Source: Zygnema circumcarinatum SAG 698-1b
Taxonomy: Eukaryota > Plantae > Zygnematophyceae
Assembly: GCA_037447605.1 (NCBI GenBank)
Contig: CM074818.1
Span: forward strand, 942,617 to 1,006,616
DNA: 64,000 nucleotides
Direction: 5' to 3'
The notes under the pieces are model-generated. The model saw only the letters and a program-made list of their open reading frames with translations, was not told where the DNA came from and searched no databases. The translations under genes were made by a program, and so were the position numbers. Below, piece by piece: positions 1 through 12,527 of this stretch (positions within the stretch are counted from its first letter, which is position 1; each line of letters opens with the position of its first letter).

Positions 1-1798
1 GCGACGTGACGTACGAATGGTTTGTCGTGTAGGGATGAACAGGAGTTAAAGGGAGCGCAGGGGATCTGCGGTTCGGGACAAACGAGTACGAATAGTTTGA
101 CGTTGGTACAGATCTTGAAGGGTACCGGGCGCCCGCAAAATCCGATTTTAGCGAATTTGGAGGGCACCGAATCGCGGGGATCCGGCCGTGGGGGCGCGAT
201 CGGGGGCATTGATGGCGCGCAAGGGGACGTTCCGGCGACGTAAGCAGATTTGTCGAAAGAGGGTACAGACATGCACGGACAGGCGGAAATTCCCAAAATA
301 GCCGTACAAGTACAGGTCTTCTTTGCCGACGACCGTACGGAAATTATTTATGAGGGAGAATCAAAGATCCTCACGGATCTGGGACAAGTCGAGGCTCGAC
401 CGGACGTCGGTTCGAAGCTGTTCCAAAGCTGGGCGCAATGAGAATAGCACCGAGCCTACACCGAGCCTAGATATGATAGATTTTGGTTCGGCGCACGGTT
501 CGGTGTTGCGTGACTGGTGTACGGTTTTGTCGGCGGGCCAGAAGACGCGGAGGCAGGCGGGCGGCGCCGGCTGATCGCAGCCAGTTGGGATCTGCACCCG
601 CTTTGTCGCGAAGCGGGTGCCCTTTGGCTGCACGCGGCGGCAGCGGAATCGCGGGGTGCTTGCCCGCGCACGCGCGCCGTCCTGTGCGGCGGATGCGACA
701 CGTGCGTGCAAGGACATTGGTGCCCGACAAAGGCACATAGGTCGGTGGCGATTGGCACAGCTGGCGACGTAGGTCGGCGAAGCGCGCCAAACGGGTCGAT
801 TGAATGACGGGGATGGGCCGACAAAGACCCCATTTTTGCGACGCAACTTGGAATTGTACCCGATGGGGAGTGCCACGTGGCACCTCGCTGGGCGGGGCGG
901 ACTTTTGGCCGTTGGTCGCTTGACCGTGAGCGCTCGGACCAATCAATGGCGCACTTGCGGGCGCGCGCTAGGGCGACCACTTGGGGGCGCGTTCGGCCCA
1001 TGTTGGCACTTGGGAGGCATGAAAGTGGCTCGCCCGCATGTACGGACGCCGTCAACTTGTAAATGGCCGTACAAAAAATAGTACCACATTCAGAAACGAC
1101 AAAAATATATCGTACAAATAGACCAATATGCACACAGCGAGGATGTACGAAATGCCTGGGTGTGCGCAAAGCGACTCGAGACCAGTTTGACTTTTTCGAT
1201 GAGGATGATGTTACCGTACTGTCTGTACAGTTCTGGTTTTAACTGTGCTGACGTGGCTCGTCTCTGCGCACAGCTGTCCTCCCTGGCCCGACCGCTCGGG
1301 CCCCCAAAAAGTTTTTTGGTCGGCATGACTGCCACGTGGTGGTCTCCAACCGGCGGGTGGCCAGCTGGGGCCAGCCGGGCCGAGTCATGATTGGGCGAAA
1401 TCATTTGCCCGGATGGCGCGGCGGGTTGGGAAATAAAGTTCGGGGGTGCGCGAACCGCTGCCAGGACCAGTACGGTTCGTACGTTTCGTACGGACATGCG
1501 CATTCTTCAAAGCCGTACGGTAAAGGTTTTTGCAGTTTTTTATTTGAACAAAATTCCCGACATTGAAATGATGCCCATATCGGTTAATATTTTTGTGCGA
1601 CCGTACGGTACTACTTTTAGTAATGTACGACTGAGGCACCGTCGAACGGTCCACGGAACTGCCGTTCTATCAGTTTCAGGCACCAATCCAGTTCGAGCTA
1701 ACTGGATGTCGTCACATGTACAGTAACCCGTAAATATCTAGGCCAATCATGTTGTCCCACGTGGACAGTAATGACACGTGTCAAGCCTGGATTGGTGC

Positions 1799-1878
1799 TA
1801 CGGCAGGCAGCTGGCGACCCATGGTCCCTCCCCTCGGGTACGGCAGGCAGCTGGCGACCCATGGTCCCTCCCCTCGGG
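1799..1878. repeat. 40-bp perfect tandem duplication next to an N gap
   Basis: TACGGCAGGCAGCTGGCGACCCATGGTCCCTCCCCTCGGG occurs twice; the N gap is at 1903-1912. Confidence 0.85.
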
Positions 1879-2223
1879 GAGGGGGGGGGGGGGGGACAGG
1901 GGNNNNNNNNNNGAGGGAGGGAGGGAGGGAGGGAGCAGCCATGGGCGCGCCCCCGCGCGGAGCTTCTTCTAGGTAACGGGACGGATGGCGTCGCCATCGT
2001 ATGCATGTTCGCTTATGAGGAAGGGCGCGCGCTGTTGTTGCCATTAGGGTTGGCGCGCCATGGCGGGGAAACTGTACGACATGGTACGGACAAATATTGT
2101 GTGCCTTTTGCCCGCTAAACAATACGTTTATCCTTCAGCCAATTTGATTATAATGTGCAGTGAACCCCGAATCCTTCTACATTCCAAACTTTAATTTCAG
2201 AACCCTATTTTTTTGAGGATTGG

Positions 2224-5200
2224 ATGGCGGCATTGCAGGACTATTACAAGTCGCTCGTTCCCTCGCAGGTGCTGACAGAGAGGGGCTCCGACGTGGTGGT
2301 GATATGTCCAGGTGGGCCTCAACCCGAATATGGGTTTTGGATAAAAACCCGAAAAACCCGAATTTGAATGATTGACCCTATTTTCGTGAGCCTCAACAAA
2401 TTTAATTTATCAATTTGAATTTAATGCTGATTTAATTTCAGCCGTACTGCAACCCTGGTTTGTTGTAAACCTAATTTCATTAATTCCTTCTTTAATTTCA
2501 TTTTAATCTCAACTTTTTTGGGGAGGGAAGTTTTAAGCAAGCTGCATCGCTCACCTGCATGCTTTTTTCCCCTCGGAATGGAGAAAAGGATGGTGGGAGA
2601 GGGTGAAAGAGGGTAGAAGGGAGGAGAGCAGAGAGGGAGGAGACGAGGGGAGGGAGGGGATGAGTGTTTGAATTAATGAGAAAGTTAGTCTTTTGAAACG
2701 GGATGTATTTCATACTCTCATGCATGTATGCTTACATGCATGCATACATACATACATGCATGCATGCAACTATGCATGCATGCAACATATACATGCATAC
2801 ATGCAACAATGCATGCATGCATGCAACATATACTTGCATAAATGCATACATGCATACATGCATGCATACATGCATGTTTCATCATTGTATGCGCTTGAAA
2901 CATAAATTTATTCCGTTTGTGCATCATGTGTAAGGATTACGAATGAAATATGTGAAGCTGTAATTCTCAGGGCGAGCTCTTTGTGTCGCTGAGCGTTTTT
3001 ACCTTCGTCAGAGTTTCTTGAGATTTAATCTCTTTGCTGTTTTGGATTTGGTCTATTTTGATGACCAGGTTCAATGAACCTGCGCATGGGTTTGGCGTCT
3101 AGCGCTTCACCGCTGACGGTGCCACATGTCATCGCGTGGCTCGCCGCGGATCCAGCAGCCCTCAGCCTGCCACGTGGGAAGGGCTCCATTGGGGAATCTC
3201 AAGTAAGATGCTTCACCTTCCAAAACCCTGCTCCTAAAACCTCCCTGAAGGCTGCAATATTCTCACACTAAAACCCTAAAACCCCAAACCAAACCCGAAC
3301 ACCTCTGAAATTGCATCCTCAGAACTCCAACCTTTACGTCTCATAATGTTAACTCTGAATACTGGAACCCTAACTGGCCTATCCTTGAATTCAAACCCCC
3401 GAACTTTTTCAGTGCTAAGAGAATTTGGGAACTGGAAGTCATACAAAGTAAGAGAGGAATGAACCCGTGAATTCAAACACAGTATGGCCCGTGTTCCATG
3501 CATGCATGCATGCAGCACATGTGTGTAGGGACTTTTTAGGGTTTTTAGGGTTTTGGACGGTTTCGATGCCAGCGATGGTTAACTGAGATGGAGGGGGAAG
3601 CATGCGGATGGTGGAATGCTCCAATTGTATAACCCCCTTTTTTTTTTTTTAGTTATTTTGTATTTCCAATATCTGCATTTTGAATTTTTCTGCAGAGCGG
3701 GAGTTCAGGACTGTCTTCGGATTCCGAGCAGCGGAAGGAACTCTTGATGCAGGTCAGTCATGTCACGCCTCTCCGGTAGCATCTCTCGCTCTCTCCTTTC
3801 TCGCTCTCTCCCTCCTCGCCCTACTCTCGCTCTCTCCTTTCTCTCTCTCTCCCTCCTCGCCCTACTCTCGCTCTCTCCTCTCTCTCTCTCTCTCTCTCTC
3901 CTCGCCCTACTCTCGCTCTCTCCTTTTTCTCTCTCCCTCCTCGCCCTACTCTCGCTCTCTCCTCTCTCTCTCTCTCTCCTCGCCCTACTCTCACTCTCTC
4001 CTTTTTCTCTCTCCCTCCTCGCCCTACTCTCGCTCTCTCCTCTCTCTCTCTCCCTCGCCCCAGTCTCGCTCTCTCCTCTCTCTCTTCCTCACCTGTCTTC
4101 CTGTCTTTTCATTGCCTCCTCTTGTAAGCGGACAATGCCATTCAACTTGAGCATTGCTAATCCCTGCTGCCTCTCCCTCTCTCTCTTTTTCTCTCCCTCC
4201 TTTACCTTCTCTTCCCCTTGTGTACAATGTCTGCAGGTGGAGGACAGCCTCCATCTCGCAGGGCAGAGGGCTCGCCTCTTGAAGAAGGGACCTCAAGACT
4301 TTGTAAGAAATAATAATAATAGTAATAATTTACCCCTTTATTCGCCTCTTGAAGAAGAAAAGTTGAAGGAAGGGTTCATGGGTTCTCAGTCCTGAACTGA
4401 ATATGTGAAACGTTAAAAGTAAACGCGCTGTAGGAAGAGTTCTATGTGCAGTCGGCGGAGGTTCAGTTATCAGTTAGGGTTTTCTAGGGTTAGGGTTAAG
4501 CAGGTGCAGGGAGGGAGGCTGGCAGGACACGTGGACCATTCCTGAGGAAGAAGACTCCGATTTTAAGTGGACAAATGTTTACGAGGATTCGAACACTGGT
4601 ATTGACCCAGAGAATTTCGAATTTCGAACTTCTTTTATCTATGTATATATATGTCTGTATGTATATAGGTTTTTTTTTTTTTTTTTTGAAAAGGCGGGAA
4701 CACTTTGCTGGTCTGCACGCTTCAACAGCACAAACTTAGCTTGCTTCGAATTTTTGGGTTTTTTAAGGTTTGCAAATTCATTGTCTTAGAGCTAATTCTC
4801 ATAATTAGGGTTTAAGGGTGGACCCTTAGAGCTAGGGTTTTGCAAACGCGTCTCTTCGTTTTCAACGGTCAGGCTGTGACGCTGGAACTTTCGAGGACGG
4901 GCAGAAAAAGAAAATGTCGGCCAAGAGGAAGGAGGTCTCGTTCCGGGCAGAAAAAAATATCGGCGTTATATTTGCGGCGAGGAAGCCCTCAATATTGCAG
5001 TCGGGGAACCGTACAGTCTCCGCCGGCCAATGAGACGCGGCCACCTCAGCGCCTCCCTTCACTACTCCATGCAGCAGGTGTGTAACCAACCAACCAACCA
5101 ACCAACCAACCAACCAACCAACCAACCAACCAACCAGCCAACCAGCCAACCAACCAGCCAACCAACCAACCAACCAACCAACCAACAAACCAACCAACCA

Positions 5201-8200
5201 ACCAACCAACCAACCAACCAACCAACCAACCAACCAACCAACCAACCAGCCAACCAGCCAACCAGCCAACCAACCAGCCAACCAACAAACCAACCAACCG
5301 GACCACTTTCTATGGTTAGCTTGGGGCTTCCAACGGTTGGGGTTTAGGGTTTTTGAGGTTTTCTGGAGTTTTGGTTTTTGAGGGGTTTGGGGTTTTTGGG
5401 GTTTTTGGGGATTTTGGGGGTTGTGAGGGATTTGGGGTTTTAGTGTTCTTGAGATGTTTTTTTGTCGTTTTGTGCGTGGGAGGGGGCAGGTGGCGGATGA
5501 CCTGTGCGCCATCTGGGAGTGGGTGCTGAGCTGGCACCTGTCCGTACAGCGCCCTCAGAGGGAGGCCATGGGAGCGGTCCTCGTGGCGCCGGACACGCTC
5601 GAGAGCCGAGGTTGGAAAATTTTATAAATGGAAAAAAAAAATGGGGTACATGTGTGGAAAATGTCTTCTCAGTGGCGGAATGGGGGCCAAAAATCGTTTT
5701 GAAAAAAGAGTATCATGTTTAAGTAAAAGCATAAATTTAACTACGTTTGTGAACATGCAATTCTTTCGTGGGTTTTTTTTTTTTTTGCAGAAGTGAAGGA
5801 GCTCGTGAACGTTGCGATGCAGCTCGGCTTCCAATCCGTCGTCGTTCATCAGGTGGGACCTTTTTCTTGGTTCCCTTTATTTTTATTATTTGCTTTGGGA
5901 GCCCTAAAAACACCAGAAAAATCTTGAAACCTGAAACTCCATAACCCAGATCACCGGAAAGTCCTTTTTAAAAAGAATAAAGTTTCTCCAATTATCTTTA
6001 TCCTAAGGAAAATTTTCACATTTGGACCCTGTCGCAGGAGTCCGTCGCCGTTGCTTTCGGAACGGGAATTTCGTCCGCGTGCATTGTCAGCCTCGGAGCG
6101 CAGTCCACCTCCGTGGTCTGTGTGGAGGTGGGACCGCCCCCCTCTCTCTCTCTCTCTCTCTATCGCTCTCTCTCTCTCTCTCTGTCTCCCATTGTCTCTG
6201 ACTCTCTCCCTCTTTGTCCCTCTCTATCGCTGTCCGTCTCCCTCTCTCTAGCTCTGTCTCTCTCCCTCTGTCTCTCTCTCTCTATCGCTCTCTATCGCTC
6301 TCTTTCTATGTCTCACTGTCTCTAACTCTACCCCTCTTTGTCCCTCTCTCTCTATCGCTGTCCGTCTCCTTCTCTCTATCTCTGTCTCTCTCCCTCTCTC
6401 TCTCAAGTCCTAAACCCAAAGCTTGAAATCCTAAAAACTCTAACGTAAAACCCTATGGGACGCTAACAATTCCAATGTTTGAAGTACCTTAGCCCCTAGC
6501 CCCTGGACCCTAGCCCCTAGCCCCTGGCCCCTGGCCCCTGGCCCCTGGCCTGGCCCCTGGCCCCTGGCCCCTGGCCCCTGGCCCCTGGCCCCTGGCCCCT
6601 GGCCCCTAGCCCCTAGCCCCTAGCCCCTCGCCCCTAGCCCCTAGCCCCTAGCCCCTAGCCCCTGGCCCCTAGCCCCTGGCCCCTAGCCCCTGGACCCTAG
6701 CCCCTGGACCCTAGCCCCTAGCCCCTGGACCCTAGCCCCTGCCCCTAGCCCCTAGCCCCTAGACCCTAGCCCCTAGCCCCTGGACCCTAGCCCCTGGACC
6801 CTAGCCCCTGGACCCTAGCCCACAGACCCTAGCCCCTGGACCCTAGCCCCTGGACCCTAGCCCCTGGACCCTAGCCCCTAGCCCCTAGCCCCTAGCCCCT
6901 AGCCCCTAGCCCCTAGCCCCTAGCCCCTAGCCCTTAGCCCCTAGCCCCTGGACCCTAGCCCCTAGCCCCTAGCTCCCTAGCTCCCTAGCTCCCTAGCCCC
7001 TAGCCCCTAGCCCCTGGACCCTAGCCCCTGGACCCTAGCCCCTAGCCCCTAGCTCCCTAGCTCCCTAGCTCCCTAGCTCCCTAGCTCCCTAGCCCCTAGC
7101 CCCTGGCCCCTAGCCCCTAGCTCCCTAGCTCCCTAGCTCCCTAGCTCCCTAGCTCCCTAGCTCCCTAGCCCCTAGCCCCTAGCCCCTAGCCCCTAGCCCC
7201 AGCCCCTAGCCCCTAGCTCCCTAGCTCCCTAGCCCCTAGCCCCTGGACCCTAGCCCCTAGCCCTTAGCCCCTAGCCCCTAGCCCCTAGCCCCTAGCCCCT
7301 AGCCCCTAGCCCCTAGCCCCTAGCCCACAGACCCTAGCCCCTGGACCCTAGCCCCTGGACCCTAGCCCCTGGACCCTAGCCCCTGGACCCTAGCCCCTAG
7401 CCCCTAGCCCCTGGCCCCTAGCCCCTAGCCCCTAGCCCCTGGCCCCTGGCCTGGCCCCTGGCCCCTGGCCCCTGGCCCCTGGCCCCTAGCCCCTAGCTCC
7501 CTAGCTCCCTAGCTCCCTAGCTCCCTAGCTCCCTAGCTCCCTAGCTCCCTAGCTCCCTAGCTCCCTAGCTCCCTAGCTCCCTAGCTCCCTAGCCCCTAGC
7601 CCTTAGCCCCTAGCCCCTAGCTCCCTAGCTCCCTAGCTCCCTAGCTCCCTAGCTCCCTAGCTCCCTAGCTCCCTAGCTCCCTAGCTCCCTAGCTCCCTAG
7701 CTCCCTAGCTCCCTAGCTCCCTAGCTCCCTAGCTCCCTAGCTCCCTAGCTCCCTAGCCCCTAGCCCCTAGCTCCCTAGCTCCCTAGCTCCCTAGCTCCCT
7801 AGCTCCCTAGCTCCCTAGCTCCCTAGCTCCCTAGCTCCCTAGCTCCCTAGCTCCCTAGCTCCCTAGCCCCTAGCCCTTAGCCCCTAGCCCCTAGCTCCCT
7901 AGCTCCCTAGCTCCCTAGCTCCCTAGCTCCCTAGCTCCCTAGCTCCCTAGCTCCCTAGCTCCCTAGCCCCTAGCCCCTAGCCCCTAGCCCACAGACCCTA
8001 GCCCCTGGACCCTAGCCCCTGGACCCTAGCCCCTGGACCCTAACCCCTGGACCCTAGCCCCTAGACCCTAGCCCCTAGACCCTAGCCCCTAGACCCTAGC
8101 CCCTGGACCCTAGCCCACAGACCCTAGCCCCTGGACCCTAGCCCCTGGACCCTAGCCCCTGGACCCTAACCCCTGGACCCTAGCCCCTAGCCCCTAGCCC

Positions 8201-11200
8201 CTAGCCCCTAGCCCCTAGCCCCTAGACCCTAGCCCCTGGACCCTAGCCCCTGGACCCTAGCCCCTGGACCCTAGCCCCTAGACCCTAGCCCCTAGCCCCT
8301 AGCCCCTAGCCCCTAGCCCACAGCCCACAGACCCTAGCCCCTGGACCCTAGCCCCTGGACCCTAGCCCCTGGACCCTAACCCCTGGACCCTAGCCCCTAG
8401 CCCCTAGCCCAGCAGACCCTAGCCCCTAGACCCTAGCCCCTGCCCACCGACCCTAGCCCCTGGACCCTAACCCCTGGACCCCTGGACCCTAGCCCCTGAC
8501 CCTAGCCCCTAGCCCCTAGCCCCTGGCCCCTAGCCCCTAGCCCCTAGCCCCTAGCCCCTGGCCCCTAGCCCCTGGCCTGGCCCCTGGCCCCTGGCCTAGC
8601 CCCTGGCCCCTGGCCCCTGGCCCCTAGCCCCTGGCCCCTGGCCCCTGGCCCCTGGCCCCTGGCCCCTGGCCCCTGGCCCCTGGCCCCTGGCCCCTGGCCC
8701 CTAGCCCCTGGCCCCTGGCCCCTAGCCCCTGGCCCCTGGCCCCTGGCCCCTGGCCCCTGGCCCCTGGCCCCTAGCCCCTAGACCCTAGCCCCTAGCCCCT
8801 AGCCCCCAGACCCTAGCCCCTGGACCCTAGCCCCTGGACCCTAGCCCCTGGACCCTAGCCCCTGGACCCTAACCCCTGGACCCTAGCCCCTAGCCCCTAG
8901 CCCCTGGACCCTAGCCCCTGGACCCTAGCCCCTGGACCCTAGCCCCTGGACCCTAGCCCCTGGACCCTAACCCCTGCCCCTAGCCCCTAGCCCCTAGCCC
9001 CCTAGCCCCTAGCCCCTAGCCCACAGACCCTAGCCCCTGGACCCTAGCCCCTGGACCCTAACCCCTGGACCCTAGCCCCTAGCCCCTAGCCCCTAGCCCC
9101 TAGCCCCTAGCCCCTAGCCCACAGACCCTAGCCCCCCTAGCCCCTGGACCCTAGCCCCTGGACCCTAACCCCTGGACCCTAGCCCCTAGCCCCTAGCCCC
9201 TAGCCCCTAGCCCCTAGCCCCTAGCCCACAGACCCTAGCCCCTGGACCCTAGCCCCTGGACCCTAGCCCCTGGACCCTAACCCCTGGACCCTAGCCCCTA
9301 GCCCCTAGCCCCTAGCCCCTAGCCCCTAGCCCCTAGCCCACAGACCCTAGCCCCTGGACCCTAGCCCCTGGACCCTAGCCCCTAGCCCCTAGCCCCTAGC
9401 CCCTAGCCCCTAGCCCCTAGCCCACAGACCCTAGCTCCTCTCCCCGTGGGGCGGGCGGCAGGACGTGTCGCGGTGCGTGGCGTGGGCGGAGGGCGTGCGG
9501 GCGGGCGGGGGCGCCGACTATGACTATGACTATGACTATGGGCGGGCGAGGGCGAGGGCCTGGGACGCGCTCAAGGAGGCGCACTGCCGCCTCGCGCGAG
9601 GTCGGTCGGGCAGCCCGGGGGACCCTCAATATACCCTAAAACCCTACAAACCCTAAACCCTAAAACCTAAAAATCCTAAGAACCCTAGAAACCCTAGAAA
9701 CCCTAGAAACCCTAGAAATCCTAAAAACCCTAGAAACCCTAGAAACCCTAGAAGCCCTAGAAACCCTAAAAAGCCCTTGCATGCTCTCTGGGCAGGAAGA
9801 GCTCGCTACCAATAGATAGTAAATGACGTGCGGAGGGGCTCGAGTGGAGAAGTCTTCAAGTGGAAGATTGAAAAGGGGAAAGTTGAAACCCCACAAAATG
9901 GAATGATGTGGAGTCATGAACGGGCCTGTTTGGTTCCTGTCTCGTTCCTCGTGGTTTGCAGTGAGGGCTCCAGAAGTCTACGAACCCCAAACCACAAAAA
10001 ATCTTATATATATAAAAGCCCTAGTTTTGAAGTGTGCCACATTTGGAAGGATCCTAAAGTGACCGAAAAGCCCGAAACCTAAAATATAACTCGTAAACGA
10101 GCCTCTGTAGTTCATGCTTTATGGTTTATTGATCATAACTTTTTTTTTTTTTTATACGCTTGTTTCTGTGCTGCTCGGCTCATTTTCTTTCCAGTCATCA
10201 TGTGAGATTTTTATTTAATTTTACATTTTTTTTTTCTGGTGTAGACAGGCCCGCAGGCAGAGGTAGAGGTAGAGATAAGGGAGCGGGAGGCGGGGAAACC
10301 GACCACCTGTTTTAAAGCCACTCTCTGTACAGGCCTCACTGTAAACCCTCGTCCACCCTAAAACCCTAATTTCTGAAACCCTAAATTGCTAGTCCTAAAA
10401 CCCCAAATTTCGACGACCCTAAACTTCGCAACATCCTAAATTTCTGAAACCCTAATTTTTTAGAACCCTAACCATGTTTACCCTTTTTGAGCACGTGACA
10501 GGTGGCACCGATGGGCTTGTTCGTCCCTTCGTTGCTTGCGAGCGAAGAAATTCCAATTCCGGAACCGAGGTGATTTATTAAAACAAAAAAAATTATTCAT
10601 ATACATATTTTTTTGTTCTTGTTTGAAAATGATAAGGAATAATGTTTTTTTGTTTTAGAAAAATGAGCTTTCTCGAAACTCGGCTCAAAACCCTTAAAGA
10701 AAAAGGGCTTAAATCTGAAGCCCTAAAACTTCACAACCCGAATATGTCCCAAATTGTCAAAACGTTCCTTTTCGCTTTTTTTTTCCCTCTAATGTACTCA
10801 TGTTTCATCGTTCCATTACTTCAGTGCTTTACTTTCTCTCCTTCCCCATCACTTCCATAGTTGTCCTTCGAGCCTTGAGGGGTAGATTTAGCGCTTCGAG
10901 TTTTGGGGTTTAGTGCTTAGGGTTTTAGTGTTCAGGGTTTTAGCGCTTAGGGTTTTAGGGTTTAGGGTTTTATGATTTACGCGTGCCGCATTAAGCAGGT
11001 TCCGCGCGGAGCACGAGGACGGCGCGGAGGAGGTCCGCCCTCCCCCGCTCCGCCCCGCGCCGCCCCCCGCCCTGCACCGCGCAGTGCTCGCCAGCGTAGC
11101 CGCGCTCGGTGCTTTAATTGATCGACCCGTTTTGAAATAATTTTTGGCCTTGGAAATTTAGCTCATCAATTTCAAGTTCATTCCATATTTGACTTACGAG

Positions 11201-12226
11201 TAATTTTTGGCCGGCGCAGGTTGGCGGAGGAGCCAATTTGAAGGGGCTGGCTGCCTTCCTTGAACAGAGGTGCACCTCTCTCCCTCTCCCCCCTCTCTCT
11301 CTCTCTCCTCTCTCTCCTCTCTCTCCTCTCTCTCTCCCTCCTTTCCTCCCCTCACTCTCTGCCATTGACTCAAGCTTCGTTCATATCCTCAACCCTAACT
11401 CAACCCTAAACTCTCCACACTCACTTTGGAACTCTGAACCCTAACACGTTTGTTTTTTTTTAAAAGCGCTTAAAACCCTCCCAAGTTGTGAACCCTAAAC
11501 CCTCTGACGTAAGCCCTAAACTTTGTCCGCCTCTGCAGGCATGTGGCCGGGGGGGCGGAGTGAACTCCAAATCAAACTTTTGTCGAGCATCCTTCTGGTG
11601 AGGGGGGGAGGGGGGGGGAGGGCAGAAGTGGGTATTTTTCTGGGTTTTTAAGGTTTCTGGGTATGAAGGTTTTTGAGGCTTTTGGGGGTGTCTCTCTCTA
11701 TCTCCCTCTCTCTCTCTCTCACTCTCGCTCTCTCTCTCTTGGTATCTCTCTCTCACTCTCGCTCTCTCTCTCCTCTCTCTCTCTCTCACTCTCTCGCTCT
11801 CTCCTCCCTCTCTCCTCTTTCTCGCTCCTCTCTCTCTCTCCTCTCTCTCTCCTCTCTCTCTCCTCTCTCTCTCTATCTCTCTCTCGCTCTCGCTCTCTTT
11901 CCCTCTCTCTCTGTCTGTGTTTGTGCGGTGATTTTTGGCTTTTGCATCATAAGTTTCTTCGGAACTTCACTCATCAGGAAGCATTTAATTGATCGACCCG
12001 TTTTGAAATAATTTTTGGCCTTGGAAATTTAGCTCATCAATTTCAAGTTCATTCCATATTTGACTTACGAGTAATTTTTGGCCGGCGCAGGTTGGCGGAG
12101 GAGCCAATTTGAAGGGGCTGGCTGCCTTCCTTGAACAGAGGTGCACCTCTCTCCCTCTCCCCCCTCTCTCTCTCTCTCCTCCTCTCGCTCTCTCCTCCTC
12201 TCGCTCTCTCCTCCTCTCGCTCTCTC

Positions 12227-12260
<34 letters not shown>

Positions 12261-12469
12261 ACTCTCGCTCTCTCTCTCACTCTCTCGCTCTCTCTCTCTC
12301 CTGTTTCTCGCTCCTCTCTCTCTCTCTCACTCTCTCGCTCTCTCCTCCCTCTCTCCTCTTTCTCGCTCCTCTCTCTCTCTCTCCTCCTCTCGCTCTCTCC
12401 TCCTCTCGCTCTCTCCTCTCTCTCTCCTCTCTCTCTCCTCTCTCTCTCCTCTCTCTCTCCTCTCTCTCT

Positions 12470-12527
<58 letters not shown>

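Noticed and set aside
22-2122. Numerous 60-237 aa ORFs upstream of ARP9
   Set aside because: Overlapping in all frames, with no recognisable domain and no convincing splice structure.
2060-2210. Telo-box (AAACCCTA)-like promoter motifs
   Set aside because: The motif is ubiquitous in introns here, so local hits carry no information.
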